Positions 11,801 through 24,127 of a DNA stretch of 64,000 nucleotides are shown one piece after another (position 1 is the stretch's first letter; each line of letters begins with the position of its first letter). Under the pieces are notes generated by a model, which searched no databases, was not told the DNA's origin, and saw only the letters and a list, made by a program, of their open reading frames with translations. The stretch is from assembly GCA_038087875.1 (NCBI GenBank), contig JAXLNO010000256.1, positions 1 to 64,000 of the forward strand, written 5' to 3'. This DNA comes from Malacoraja senta. Lineage: Eukaryota. The position numbers and the translations under genes are program-made.

Positions 11801-12290
11801 TGGGCTAGTGTGGGCTAGTTGGGCTGAAGGGCCTGTTTCTATGCTGTATCACTCTGTGACTAGTGTAGATGGGACATGTTGGGCTGGTGTGGGCAAGTTG
11901 GGCCGAAGGGCCTCTTTCCACACTGTATCACTCTGTGACTAGTGTAGATGGGGCATGTTGGGCGGTGTGGGCAAGTTGGGCTGAAGGAAGGGCCTGTTTC
12001 CACACTGTATCACTCTGTGACTAGTGTAGATGGGGCATGTTGGGCGGTGTGGGCAAATCGGTCGGGCCTGTGTCGAACTGCGTAACTCTGTGATTCTAAA
12101 TAAACGTGAGATGAAAAAGCAGGAATGGGGAACTCACCTTTCCAGACGGATCGATGTGCTCAGTCACTTGGAAGTTTAATTTGTTCAGGCAATCCCAGAG
12201 AGTTTTCCTATCAATGTCAGCTCCGCTCCTACCGTTTGCAATGCAGAGAATTAAGGCCTTTCTCAGTCGCGACATATCATACTCTCCCTC
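2723..12290 (-). CDS. Caspase-14-like cysteine protease (caspase-14/15/16 group); spliced gene join(12138-12290,10791-11007,7513-7611,5534-5643,2723-2839); 5' exon not identified
   Basis: Exons of 153+217+99+110+117 = 696 nt, all GT-AG, splice into one open frame: EGEYDMSRLRKALILCIANGRSGADIDRKTLWDCLNKLNFQVTEHIDPSGK/EILEFLEKYRDEMNPEVCCSFVFILAHGEEGKIRGSDNAVVDLEDVFETFNNEECVDLQTKPKVFIIQACRG/DKKDPGVPLQWRSMELEILPTVSDTFIVYPSQP/GYVAYRDPNKGSHMIQEMGKVFEKLADKKHLSDLFVQ/VNHEMVKKNFYPEGGTMKTTLVMESTLTKSVYLKVPKP*. Confidence 0.9.
2900..3375 (-). mobile_element. CR1 LINE 3' tail fragment with internal rearrangement
   Basis: Reverse-complement CR1 3' end (aacaggccct.tggcccaac, ttcccctactct); short inverted piece near 3196-3227. 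Confidence 0.75.
3380..3665 (+). mobile_element. tRNA-derived V-SINE (HE1-like)
   Basis: B-box ggttcaatccc at ~3413; V-core gtttgcacgttctccccgtg...ggtttcctcccacactccaaagac; CR1-derived tail gggccgaagggcctgtttcc. Confidence 0.85.
3666..5075 (+). mobile_element. 5'-truncated CR1 LINE (RT domain to 3' tail)
   Basis: ORF 3694-4806 with [27 protein letters not shown]; 3' tail gaagggccgaatggcctactcctg followed by a (ctatgt)-like microsatellite. Confidence 0.95.
5080..5490 (+). repeat. Tandem duplications of a SINE 3' half
   Basis: Repeated ctagtgtgtgaacgggcgat...gggcctgtttccgcgctgtatctct blocks. Confidence 0.75.
5534..5643 (-). CDS. Caspase exon (small subunit, substrate-binding AYR motif)
   Basis: Acceptor ttcttcag, donor gtgagg; GYVAYRDPNKGSHMIQEMGKVFEKLADKKHLSDLFVQ; phases 1/0. 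Confidence 0.9.
5699..6690 (-). repeat. Minisatellite (~81-bp unit, ~9 copies) built from a CR1 3' terminus, followed by its parent CR1 tail
   Basis: Unit agtcacagagtgatacagtgtggaaacaggcccttccttcagcccaacttgcccacaccgcccaacatgccccatctacact at ~5699, 5781, 5862, 5943, 6025... Confidence 0.9.
6775..7435 (-). mobile_element. CR1 fragments with a 109-bp internal tandem triplication
   Basis: caatactcca at 7011, 7120, 7229. Confidence 0.85.
7513..7611 (-). CDS. Caspase exon (inter-subunit linker and start of small subunit)
   Basis: Acceptor tttttcag, donor gtccgt; (D)KKDPGVPLQWRSMELEILPTVSDTFIVYPSQP(G); 99 nt, phases 1/1. Confidence 0.88.
7765..8720 (+). mobile_element. Rearranged CR1 3' fragments
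   Basis: ORF 7914-8438 carries CR1 ORF2 C-terminal motifs; CR1 tail at 8490-8720. Confidence 0.85.
9095..10711 (+). mobile_element. Full-length Tc1/mariner DNA transposon (DD34E, IR/DR-type ~210-bp TIRs), inactivated; inserted into a SINE within a caspase intron
   Basis: TA|cagtggcttgcaaaag...cttttgcaagccactg|TA. Transposase starts at ATG 9475 (MKPKEHTRQVRDKVV), has a 1-bp deletion at ~9550 and a TGA at ~9639, then runs open to 10493 with WSDETK, QQDNDPKH, SPDLNPIE. Confidence 0.97.
9475..10493 (+). pseudogene. Tc1 transposase (frameshift and stop in N-terminal DNA-binding region)
   Basis: D..D(34)E triad intact; two disabling lesions upstream of the ORF listed at 9684. Confidence 0.92.
10791..11007 (-). 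CDS. Caspase catalytic exon (His and Cys)
   Basis: Acceptor cttgtcag, donor gtgagg; ...FVFILAHG...KPKVFIIQACRG; 217 nt, phases 0/1. Confidence 0.95.
11055..12100. repeat. ~1-kb inverted repeat of CR1-tail minisatellite units, centred at 11584
   Basis: ...gacgcacagagtctcttgcccaga-c-tctgggcaagagactctgtgcgtc...; unit orientation flips across the centre. Confidence 0.85.
12138..12290 (-). CDS. Caspase first visible exon (N-terminus of large subunit)
   Basis: Acceptor ggaacag, donor gtgagt; EGEYDMSRLRKALILCIANGRSGADID...DPSGK, resembling CASP14 EKYDMSGARLALILC...DPTAE; in-frame ATG at 12275-12273. Confidence 0.88.
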
Positions 12291-12359
12291 CTGTTCCAGA
12301 GACCAAGATTTTCACACAGTCAGTATAGACGTCCAGAGCCCGTGCTCAGTTCAGCTTAC

Positions 12360-14325
12360 AGACAATAGACAATAGGTGCAGGGGTAGAGGCCATTCGGCC
12401 CTTCGAGCCATTCAATGTGATCATGGCTGATCATCCCCAATCATAGAAACATAGACAATAGGTGCAGGAGTAGAGGCCATTCGGCCCTTCAAGCCTGCAC
12501 CGCCATTCAATATGATCATGGCTGATCATCCAACTCAGTATCCTGTACCTGCCTTCTCTCCATACCCCCTGATCCCATTAGCCACAAGGGCCACATTTAA
12601 CTCCCTCTTAAATATAGCCAATGAACTGGCCACAACTACCTTCTGTGGCAGAGAATTCCACAGATTCACCACTCTCTGTGCGAAAAAAGTTTGTCTCATC
12701 TCGGTTCTAAAGGATTTCCACTCCATAGTTAATCTGTGACCCCTTGTCCTGGACTTCCCCAACATCGGGAACAATCTTCCTGCATCTAGCCTGTCCAACC
12801 CCTTAAGAATTTTGTAAGTTTCTATAACATCCCCCCTCAATCTCCTAAATTCTAGCGAGTACAAGCCGAGTCTATCCAGTCTTTCTTCATGTGAAAGTCC
12901 TGCCATCCCAGGAATCAGTCTGGTGAACCTTCTCTGTACTCCCTCTATGGCAAGAATGTCCTTCATCAGATTTGGAGACCAAAACTGTACGCAACACTCC
13001 AGGTTTGGTCTCACCAAGGCCCTGTACAACTGCAGTAGAACCTCCCTGCTCCTATACTCAAATCATTTTGCTATGAAAGCTAACAGTACCCCATACCTGC
13101 CTTCTCCCCATATCCCCTGACTCCGCTATCTTTAAGAGCCCTATCTAGCTCTCTCTTGAAAGCATCCAGAGAACCGGCCTCCACCGCCCTCTGAGGCAGA
13201 GAATTCCACAGACTCACCACTCTCTGTGAGAAAAAGTGTTTCCTCGTCTCCGTTCTAAATGGCCGACTCCTATTCTTAAACTGAGTGTGTGGCCCCTGGT
13301 TCTGGACTCAAAAGGGCCCTGTATAACTGCAGAAGGACCTCCTTGGAGCAAAGAGATCCTTCTGCAGTTGTACAGGGCCCTGGTGAGACCACACCTGGAG
13401 TATTGTGTGCAGTTTTGGTCCCCTAATTTCAGGAAGGACATTCTTGCTATTGAGGGAGCCCAGCGTAGGTTCACCAGGTTAATTCCCGGGATGGCGGGAC
13501 TGTCATATGCTGAGAGAATGGAGCGGCTGGGCTTGTACACTCTGGAGTCTAGAAGGATGAGAGGAGATCTCATTGAAACATAAGATTATTAAGGGTTTGG
13601 ACACGCCAGAGGCAGGAAACACCCGCTGAGTTTCTCCAGCATTTTTGTCCACCTTCGATTTTCCAGCATCTGCAGTTCCTTCTTAAACGTGTCCCCGGTG
13701 TTGGGGGAGTCCAGAACTAGGGGCCACACACACACAGTTTAGGAATAAGGGGTCGGCCAGTTCGAACGGAGACGAGGAAACACTTTTTTCTCACAGAGAG
13801 CGGTGAGTCTAGAAGGATGAGAGGAGATCTCATTGAAACATAAGATTATTAAGGGTTTGGACATGCTGAGAGAATGGAGCGGCTGGGCTTGTACACTCTG
13901 GAGTCTAGAAGGATGAGAGGAGATCTCATTGAAACATAAGATTATTAAGGGTTTGGACACGCCAGAGACATGAATTAATAAGGGTTCCCCTCCACTCCTC
14001 TCCCCCCCAATAGCAAGAATGTCCTTCCTGAAATTAGGGGACCAAAACTGCACACAATACTCCAGGTGTGGTCTCACTAGGGCCCTGTACACCTGCAGAA
14101 GGGCCTCTTTGCTCCTGTACTCGACTCCTCTTGTTATGAAGGCCAACAGGCCAAAACTGCACACAATACTCCAGGTGTGGTCTCACCAGGGCCCTGTACA
14201 ACTGCAGAAGGACCTCTTTGCTCCTGTACTCAACTCCTCTTGTTATGAAGGCCAACATGCCATTGGCTTTCTTCACTGCCTGCTGTACCTGCATGCTTAC
14301 TTTCATAGACTGATGAACAAGAAGC
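12360..14325. mobile_element. Mosaic of CR1 3' fragments in both orientations
   Basis: ORFs 12535-13029(-), 13236-13583(+) and 14034-14408(-) all carry CR1 ORF2 C-terminal motifs. Confidence 0.85.
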
Positions 14326-15575
14326 CCCAGCTCATCTTTGATTCTGAGATCGGGGAACGATGGAGGATTTTTGAAATTGACTACAAACACTATATCAACA
14401 TCGTCCATCGTAATGAACCAGATGCTGTCAAGGCTTCTCTTCTACTAAACCTGGCGGGACCGGAGGCTCTGATGAGAGCGCAGACCTTTGACTAGACACC
14501 AGCCATTCTCGATGCCAATGATCAGGTAGTTGTACCTGCTGAGACTGCGCGTGACCCCAATGTTTTACTGCGTAAATTCCGTGAACTATGCAACCTACCG
14601 TGTACCAGACATAGGTCCGGTAGGCGGCACGCCCCATGTCGCAGCGCCCTCTGCAGTCCGTCTGTCTTTTTTTTTATTTTTTTGTCTCGTTTGTGTGTGG
14701 TGTGTAGTTTATAGTGTTTTTTTAACTGGGTATGTGTGTGGGGTGGGTGGGGAAACGTTTAAAATCTTTTCCCTGTATGGAGGACCCGACCTTTCTCTGT
14801 CGGGTCTCCATTGTCGTTGGGGCCTAGCACCGTGGAGAGGCCTCCAACCGGAACGACCTGGGGCTCCAGTCGCGGAGCCTGCGGACTTACTCACCATCGT
14901 GGAGTTGGCCGAGTTCGGAGCGTGGAGAGCTGTGGTGGCGCGCGGCTGCGACCCGACCCCGGAGACTCCAGCCGCAGGTCTGGTGGACGGTGACATCGGG
15001 AGCTCGCGGGTCCCTGGCGGGAGACCGCTTTCTGGAGCTCCCGCAACGGCAGCTACTCCCGCCCGAGTTGCGGGGTTGAAGATGACCTGGAGCGGGGTCT
15101 TACATCGCCCGGCCCGGCTTTAATGGCCGTGGGACTTGCTGGCGCCCGCCGGGGGCTCCAACATCAAGACCCGGAGCGCGGCCTTGCATCGCCCGGCGCG
15201 GCCTGAATGGCCGCGGGACTTACTTACCATCGCCCGCCGGGGGCTTTGACTTTGACATCGGGAGGAGAATGGGGAGTGTAGGGGAGAGACAAGACTTTGC
15301 CTTACAGTGAGGAGGAGATTCACTGTGATGGATGTTTGTGTAAATTGTGTTGTGTCTTGGTTCTTTTCTTGTTGTATGACTGCAGAAACAGAATTTCGTT
15401 TGAACTTCATTTGAGGTCCAAATGATAATAAACGGTATTGTATTGTATTGTATTGTACCCTCAAACCGTATCTTGGAAAAGGCAAAATTCTTCGCGAGGC
15501 ACCAGCTTCCCGACGAGCCTGTGGAAAGATTTATTTGTGACTTGAAATATATGGCTCAGCGATGCCGCTTCAGAG
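14322..15575 (+). mobile_element. Gypsy-type gag fragment split by an ~850-bp insertion
   Basis: ...ERWRIFE...ASLLLNLAGPEA...LLRKFRELCNLP | PSNRILEKAKFFARHQLPDEPVERFICDLKYMAQRCRF; tacc is repeated on both sides of the insertion. Confidence 0.7.
14600..15456 (+). mobile_element. GC-rich non-autonomous retroelement with Rex1/Babar-like 3' end and (TATTG)n tail
   Basis: Clean insertion into the gag; 3' end aatttcgttt...aataaacgg(tattg)n. Confidence 0.65.
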
Positions 15576-15579
15576 TCAT

Positions 15580-15843
15580 TTAAAATTTTTTAAATATCTG
15601 TTTATTAGTTTTTTTCCAAAAGCAAAAACAAAACAACAAAAAAGTAATGATGAACATAACAATGATATTGATCCGTAGGGATCAGGGTTACATTAATGGC
15701 AGGTATAACCTCAATATGAGTCCAGTGTCGACATACACATTGAATATACACCTCTATGTCAATATAGTTAAGTGTTTAAAAGAGAACTTATATGTATAAA
15801 AACAAAAAGAGAAGAAGAAAAATAAAAAATAAAACTAAACTAA

Positions 15844-15875
<32 letters not shown>

Positions 15876-17190
15876 GAAAAACAGAATCTGAGCTACAAAG
15901 AGTTTCAACAATTTAAGTCCCTGTTTGTCGTCAAGTCCGTTCCACCGTGTACCAGCTGGAGAGGGGACAGTTGATGTCGTATGAAAATGTTGAATAAATC
16001 TTCCCCATGTCCTATCAAATTTAACCAAGGGTTCAACAATGTCACTCCTACTTTTTCCTAATTTAAACATGATATCGTTTCAGAGTACAAATGGAGTGTG
16101 GTCGGAGGATTGGAATCTTTCCATTTAAATAAAATAGATCTTCTGGCAATTAATGTGGTAAAAGCAATCAGCCGATGGGCGGAACGGGACAGATGAGTAA
16201 AATCTAACATTGGTAGCCCAAAAATCGCAGTAATAGGATGAGGTTGTAAATCTATACCTAAAACTACAGAAATAGTATCAAAGAGTTATTTCCAATATTT
16301 TTCCAAAAATGGGCAGGACCAAAACATACGGGTAAATGAGGCCCCTTCAGAATTACATCTATCACAGGTAGGATTTATTTGACGATAAAAGAGCTAACTT
16401 ATCTTTTGACATATGAGCTCTATGAACCACCTTGAATTGTATCAAAGCGTGTCTTCCACACATTGAGGAAGTTTTAACTAATTGAAGAATCCTCTCCCAT
16501 TTCTCTATAGATAAAGAAATTTGAAGTTCTCTTTCCCGGTCATTCTTAATTTTATCAAATGTATCTTTTTTAAATTTCAAAATCAACTCATAAATAGTCC
16601 TTATTAAACCCTTCCGATAATGGTTCAAATATAATTTTTTTTCCAAGATATCGGTTTGATGTGGTAGCGGAAAAAAGGGTAGAGTAGCCCTCAAAAAATG
16701 TCTAATTTGTAAATATCTAAACAAGTGTGAGTTAGGTAAATTATATTTATTGGAGAGTTGTAAAAAAGTCATAAAACAACCATCCAAAAACAAATCAGGA
16801 AAAGCTACTAATCCCTTCCTCTTCCATAACAGAAAGGCTTGATCAGTACTAGAAGGTTGGAAGAAAAAATTAGATATAATGGACTCGATAAAATAACATC
16901 ACTCAATCCAAAAAACTTACGAAATTGAAACCATATTCGAAGTGTATGTCTTAATATTGGGATAGTGGTATATTTATTCAATCTCGTAATTGTAAAAGGT
17001 AAAGAGGCCCCTAGAATAGAAGCCAATGATAGCCCTTGCATATAATCACATTCAAGATTTATCCATCCTGGACATTGGGTATCTTCTAAATCTTTTGTCC
17101 AAAACGTTAAATAGCGAGCATTAACTGCCCAATAGTAAAATCTCAGGTTCGGCAGTGCCAAACCACCATCTTTTTTTTGATTTCTGTAAG
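15580..17190 (-). mobile_element. L1/Tx1-clade LINE 3' fragment
   Basis: GGLALPNLRFYYWA, LFRYLQIRHF, HALIQFKVVHRAH and a C-terminal zinc-knuckle-like region ending MFWSCP; T-rich 3' UTR. Confidence 0.85.
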
Positions 17191-17224
17191 TAATAGCGAC
17201 TTTGAGTCCTGAAAAGCGCTATAT

Positions 17225-19140
17225 AAACCATATATAACCATATAACCATAACAGCAAGGAAACAGGCCATCTCGGCCCTTCAAGTCCGTGCCGAACATTT
17301 AATTTTTTTTTTTTTTTTTCTTCTTTTTTTTAAATTAAAAATAAATACTTCCCCCTAGTCCCATCTACCTGCACTCAGACCATAACCCTCCATTCCTTTC
17401 CCGTCCATATACCCATCCAATCTATTTTTAAAGGATAACATCGAACCTGCCTCCACCACTTCCACTGGAAGCTCATTCCACACAGCTACCACTCTCTGAG
17501 TAAAGAAGTTCCCCCTAATGTTCCCCCTAAACTTCTGTCCCTTAATTCTCAAGTCATGTCCCCTTGTTTGAATCTTCCCTACTCTCAATGGGAAAAGCTT
17601 ATCCACGTCCACTCTGTCTAACCCGCTCATAATTTTAAAGACCTCTATCAAGTCCCCTCTTAACCTTCTGCTCTCCAAAGAATAACGACCTAACTTGTTC
17701 AACCTTTCTCTGTAACTTAGTTGCTGAAACCCAGGCAACATTCTAGTAAATCTCCTCTGTACTCTCTCTATTTTGTTGACATCCTTCCTATAATTAGGCG
17801 ACCAAAATTGTACTCCATATTCCAGAATTGGCCTCACCAATGCCTTGTACAATCTTAACATTACATCCCAACTTCTATATTCAATGCTCTGATTTATAAA
17901 GGCCAGCACACCAAAAGCTTTCTTTACCACCCTATCTACATGAGATTCCACCTTCAGGGAACTATGCACAGTTATTCCTAGATCCCTCTGTTCAACTGCA
18001 TTCCCCAATTCGCTACCATTTACCGTGTACGTCCTATTTTGATTTGTCCTGCCGAGATGTAGCACCTCACATTTGTCAGCATTAAACTCCATCTGCCATC
18101 TTTCAGCCCACTCTTCCAAATGGCCTAAATCTCTCTGTAGACTTTGAAAATCTACTTCATTATCCACAACACCACCTATCTTAGTATCATCTGCATACTT
18201 ACTAATCCAATTTTCCACACCATCATCCAGATCATTGATGTACATGACAAACAACAGTGGTCCCAACACAGACCCCTGAGGCACCCCACTAGTCACCGGC
18301 CTCCAACCTGACAAACAGCCATCCACCATTACTCTCTGGTATCTCCCATTCAGCCACTGTTGAATCCATCTTGCTACTCCACCATTAATACCCAACAATT
18401 GAATCTTCTTAACCAACCTTCCATGAGGAACCTTGTCAAAGGCCTTACTGAAGTCCATATAGACAACATCCACTGCTTTACCCTCATCAATTTCCCTAGT
18501 AACCTCTTCGAAAAATTCAAGAAGATTAGTCAAGCATGACCTTCCAGGCACAAATCCATGTTGACTGTTCCTAATCAGACCCTGCTTATCCAGATGCTTA
18601 TATATATATTATCTTTAAGTATCCTTTCCATTAATTTGCCCACCACTGACGTCAAACTAACAGGCCTATAATTGGTAGGTTTACTCTTCGAACCCTTTTT
18701 AAACAACGGAACAACATGCGCAGTACGCCAATCCTCCGGCACTATTCCCGTTTCTAATGACATTTGAAATATTTCTGTCATAGCCCCTGCTATTTCTACA
18801 CTAACTTCCCTCAATGTCCTAGGGAATATCCTGTCAGGACCTGGAGACTTATCCGTTTTCATATTTTTCAAAAGTGTCCGCACCTCCTCTTCTTTGAATC
18901 TCACAGTTTCCATTGCTACTCTGCTTGTTTCCCTTACCTCACATAATTCCATATCCTTCTCCTTGGTGAATACCGAAGAAAAGAAATTGTTCAATATCTC
19001 CCCCTTCTCTTTTGGCTCTGCAGATAGCTGTCCACTCTGACTCTCTAATGGACCAATTTTATTCCTTGTTATCCTTTTGCTATTAATATAGCTGTAGAAA
19101 CCCTTTGGATTTACTTTCACCTTATTTGCCAAAGCAACCT
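17225..19140 (-). mobile_element. 5'-truncated CR1 LINE (second subfamily), RT largely intact
   Basis: ORFs 18575-19159 and 17355-18551: [29 protein letters not shown]. Confidence 0.95.
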
Positions 19141-19639
19141 CAAAGGTGGATAAAATCACCAGAGGAATAGATCGGGCAGAGTCTCTTGCCCAGAGTAGGG
19201 GAATCGAGGACCAGAGGACACAGGTTCAAGGTGAAGGGGGAAAAGATTGAATAGGAACCTGAGGGGTAACTTTTCCCCACACAGAGGGTGGTGGGTGTAT
19301 GGAACGAGCTGCCGGAGGAGATAGTTGAGGCAACGTTTTAAGAGACACTTGGACAGGTCCATGGATAGGACAGGTTTGGAGGGATATGCGGGCAAAACAT
19401 TGGCAGGTGGGACTAGCGTAGATGGGGCGTGTTGGCTGGGCTGGGCAAGTCGGGCCGAAGGGCCTTTTCCGCGCCGTTTGACTCCGCGAGAAAGGTTCTG
19501 GGGGGGGGGTGTTTAAATATGTTCTCGTTGGGGATGAAAGGTGAGTGGGTGGGATTTCACCAGAGCCCAGAGCTTCACAGAGACAGTCCGATCTCCCGCC
19601 ATCGGGCCCAGGAGAAGGGAGCGGAGGGGGGGGGGACGT

Positions 19640-19780
<141 letters not shown>

Positions 19781-19821
19781 CTATTCAGAGAGGGAGAGAG
19801 AGAGAGAGAGAGGGAGAGAGG

Positions 19822-19889
<68 letters not shown>

Positions 19890-19890
<1 letters not shown>

Positions 19891-20716
19891 TAGATAGATA
19901 CAGGTATTTGTCACATGTACCAGTTGGTACAGTGTAATGTGTGATTACCATACAACCATACACTAATATAAAGACCACCACACACGATAGAGACCAACAT
20001 ACAACATCCCCACACAGGAGAATCAAATGTTCCCCACTGTGAGTGAAGGCACCAAAGTCAGTCGTCTTCCTCTGATGTTTCTCCGTGGTCGGGGTCTCCG
20101 GAGCCCCCCACAGTCGCCGCTACGGGTGGCCCCGTCGCTCAGGCCCGCTCGCCGGGATGTTGGAACTCCAACGTGGGAACGGGAGGCCAACCCCAGCGGC
20201 TTGGACCTCCGAATCGGCCGCTACCCACCGGAGTCTGCGACTCCCGAAGTCCCCAGGCCGCGCCGGGCGGGCATTCACACAGGCGGCCCTCGGCAAAGGA
20301 CCCCAGGGACTCCCCCGATGTTGTTCAGCTCCGCCCGCGCTGGGAGCTCCACGACCCACAGCTCCGCCATGTCCACGCTGCAGGCCCCAACGCTCCAGGT
20401 CGGCATTGCCCGCTCCGTGGTGAATCCAACGCCGCGCCGCGCCCCGCTCTGGTCCGGTCCGCGGTCTCCGGTAGGGAAGGCCGCTCCGATCCAGTTGGTA
20501 GGCCGCGTCGAGGGGGGGCGAGGACGCGACTCGGAGAAAGAGTCGCATCCTCGCCAGGAAGCGACTGGGAAGCGGTTTCCCCCCCTTTACCCTGCCCCCC
20601 TCACCCACATTAAACAACTAAAGAATTCCCAAAACAAACTGGTCAAACAAACTAAAATATACAAAAGTAGGAAAAACGACCAGAGGCTGCCTTCAATGTG
20701 GCGCCCCCTAGTGGTA
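19890..20716 (-). mobile_element. GC-rich non-autonomous retroelement; CTCF-consensus motif at its 5' end (20701-20714)
   Basis: Same layout as 14600-15456 and 43875-44728; CCACTAGGGGGCGC on the minus strand. Confidence 0.6.
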
Positions 20717-20818
20717 GAGGGAGAGAGGGAGGGAGAGAGAGGGTTAGAGTGTTACAGTCTATTCAGAGGGGAGAGAGAGATATAGAGGGGGTTAGAGTGT
20801 TACAGTCTATTCAGAGAG

Positions 20819-20853
<35 letters not shown>

Positions 20854-21436
20854 GGTTAGAGTGTTAGAGTCTATTCAGATGGGGGAGAGAGAGAGAGGGG
20901 GGGAGAGGGAGAGGGAGAGAGAGAGGGGGTTAGAGTGTTAGAGTCTATTCAGAGAGGGGAGAGAGAGAGAGAGGGGGAGAGGGAGAGAGAGAGAGAGGGG
21001 GTTAGAGTGTTACAGTCTATTCAGAGAGGGGAGAGAGAGAGAGAGGGGGAGAGGGAGAGAGAGAGAGAGAGAGGGGGTTAGAGTGTTACAGTCTATTCAG
21101 AGAGGGGGGACAGAGAGAGAGAGAGGGGGTTAGAGTGTTACAGTCTATTCAGAGAGGGGGGAGAGAGAGAGGGAGAGAGAGAGGGTTAGAGTGTTACAGT
21201 CTATTCAGAGAGGGGGGAGAGAGAGAGAGGGAGAGAGAGAGGGTTAGAGTGTTACAGTCTATTCAGAGGGGGGGAGAGAGAGAGAGGGAGAGGGAGAGGG
21301 TTAGAGTGTTAGAGTCTATTCACAGGGGGGGAGAGAGAGAGAGAGAGGGGGAGAGGGTTACAGTCTATTCAGAGAGGGGAGAGAGAGAGACAGAGGGGGA
21401 GAGGTTAGAGTGTTAGAGTCTATTCAGAGAGGGGGT

Positions 21437-21469
<33 letters not shown>

Positions 21470-21579
21470 GAGAGGGTTAGAGTGTTACAGTCTATTCAGA
21501 GAGGGGGGAGAGAGAGAGGGGGAGAGGGAGAGAGAGAGAGAGAGAGGGGGGATTAGAGTGTTAGAGTCTATTCAGAGAG

Positions 21580-21613
<34 letters not shown>

Positions 21614-21870
21614 GTTAGAGTGTTAGAGTCTATTCAGATGGGGGAGAGAGAGAGAGGGGGGAGGGAGAGAGAGAGAGAGAGGGGGTTAGAGTGTTAGAGT
21701 CTATTCAGAGAGGGGGGAGAGAGAGAGAGAGGGGGAGAGGGAGAGAGAGAGAGAGAGAGGGGGTTAGAGTCTAATCAGGGAGAGAGAGAGGTAGATGAGA
21801 GGGAGAGAGGGAGAGTGAGGGGTAGAGGTGGAGAGAGAGAGAGAGAGTGTTAGAGTCTAATCAGCGAGAG
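20717..21870. repeat. Compound minisatellite gggttagagtgtta(c/g)agtctattcag+(GA)n in WDR45 last intron
   Basis: About 20 copies of a fixed ~27-bp core separated by variable GA runs. Confidence 0.9.
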
Positions 21871-21986
21871 AGAGAGAGAGGGGGAGAGGGAGAGAGAAAG
21901 AGAGGGAAAGAGAGATAGAGATAAGAGATTGAGAAGAGAGAGAGGGGGAAGAGAAGGGGGAGGAGGGGGGGAGGGGGGAGACTCAC

Positions 21987-22132
21987 CGATGACGGAGTTG
22001 ACGTTCTTGGAGCTGTTTTTGCCGAATGCACAGATGCAGGCACACTCCGCGGGCACGGTGAAGCAGGCCAGGCTCCACTGGGAGTCCACGTACTGACTGA
22101 TGACCGGGCCCACCTTGCCCACTCGCGCCAGC
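21987..22132 (-). pseudogene. WDR45: WDR45 penultimate exon (copy B, intact)
   Basis: [48 protein letters not shown]; 146 nt. Confidence 0.95.
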
Positions 22133-22205
22133 CTGCCCAAACACAGCGGCAGCAAACACATTAGTCCCTCTCGCCCACCCATGGGCGGTCAGTTACAGAC
22201 GGTCA

Positions 22206-22694
<489 letters not shown>

Positions 22695-22724
22695 TTATAG
22701 ATAAGGAGATAGAGAGAGGGAGAT

Positions 22725-23900
22725 CAAGTCAAGTCAAGTCAAGTGAGTTTCTTGTCGTGTGTCCCTGATAGGACAATGAGATTCTTGCTTTGCTTCACAC
22801 AACAGAACATAGACAGCATTGACTACAAGGCATTCTATAAATATATACACAATGGTCAATATACTGATAAAGTGCAAATAACAGTATTGGCTAATAAAGT
22901 TCAGTGTTATGTCCGAGCCAGGTTTAATAGCCTGATGGCTGTGGGGAAGTAGCTATTCCTGAACCTGGACGTTGCAGTCTTTTCAGGCTCCTGTACCTTC
23001 TACCTGAAGGTAGTAGGGAGATGAGTGAGTGGCCAGGATGGTGTGGGTCCTTGATGATGCTGCCAGCCTTTTTGAGGCAGCGACTGCGATCGATCCCCTC
23101 GATGGTGGGGAGGTCAGAGCCGATGATGGACTGGGCAGTGGTCACGACTTTTTGTAGTCTTTTCCTCTCCAGGGCACTCAAGTTGCCGAACCAAGCCAGG
23201 ATGCAACCGGTCAGCATGCTCTCTACTGTGCACCTGTAGAAGTTAGAGAGAGTCCTCCTTGACAAACCGACTCTCCGTAAACTTCTCAGGAAGTAGAGGC
23301 GCTGATGTGCTTTCTTAATAATGGCATCAATGTTCTCGGACCAGGAAAGATCTTCAGAGATGTGCACGCCCAGGAATTTGAAGCTCTTGACCCTTTCCAC
23401 CATCGACCCGTTGATATAAACGGGACTGTGGGTCCCCATCCTACTCCTTCCAAAGTCCACAGTCAGTTCCTTGGTTTTGCTGGTGTTATGGGCCGGGTTG
23501 TTGTGCTGGCACCATGTGGACAGTTGCTCGATCTCTCTTCTATACTCTGACTCATCCCCATCAGTGATACGTCCCACAATAGTGGTGTCGTCAGTGAACT
23601 TGATGATGGTGTTCGCACTATGTCCGGCTACGCAGTCATGAGTATAGAGTGAGTACAGCAGGGGGCTGAGCACGCAGCCTTGAGGTGCTCCCATGCTGAT
23701 TGTTATCGAGTCTGACACATTTCCACCAATACGGACAGACTGTGGTCTGTGAATGAGGAAGTCGAGGATCCAATTGCAGAGGGATGCGCAGAGACCCAGT
23801 TCTGCGAGTTTGGTAACCAGCTTGGAGGGGATGATTGTGTTAAATGCCGAGCTGTAATCGATGAATAACAGCCTGACAAATGAGTTTTTGTTGTCCAAGT
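22725..23900 (-). mobile_element. Rex1/Babar-type LINE 3' fragment
   Basis: [36 protein letters not shown]; (CTTGA)n tail. Confidence 0.9.
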
Positions 23901-24127
23901 GGCCGAATGGCCTCTACTCCTGCACCTGTTGTCTATTGTCTATTGTTCCCTGTATCTGACGGTGGAGTTCTGCTGCCACCTCATGGCGGGCGGCTGCACT
24001 GCGAGGACAAAACACTCGCTCGAAGGTGGACGCAGAGTGCTGGAGTAACTCAGCGGGTCAGGCAGCATCTGTGGAGAGAAGGAACGGGCTGCCCCCCCAC
24101 CCCCCCCCCCCCCCGCACCCATCTCAC

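Noticed and set aside
20027..20785. GC-rich ORFs (also 14530-15123 and 43971-44617)
   Set aside because: They lie inside non-coding GC-rich retroelements, are open in several frames and show no recognisable domain.
20717..21870. Interstitial telomere (gggttag-like)
   Set aside because: Core is gggttagagtgtta, not tandem TTAGGG.
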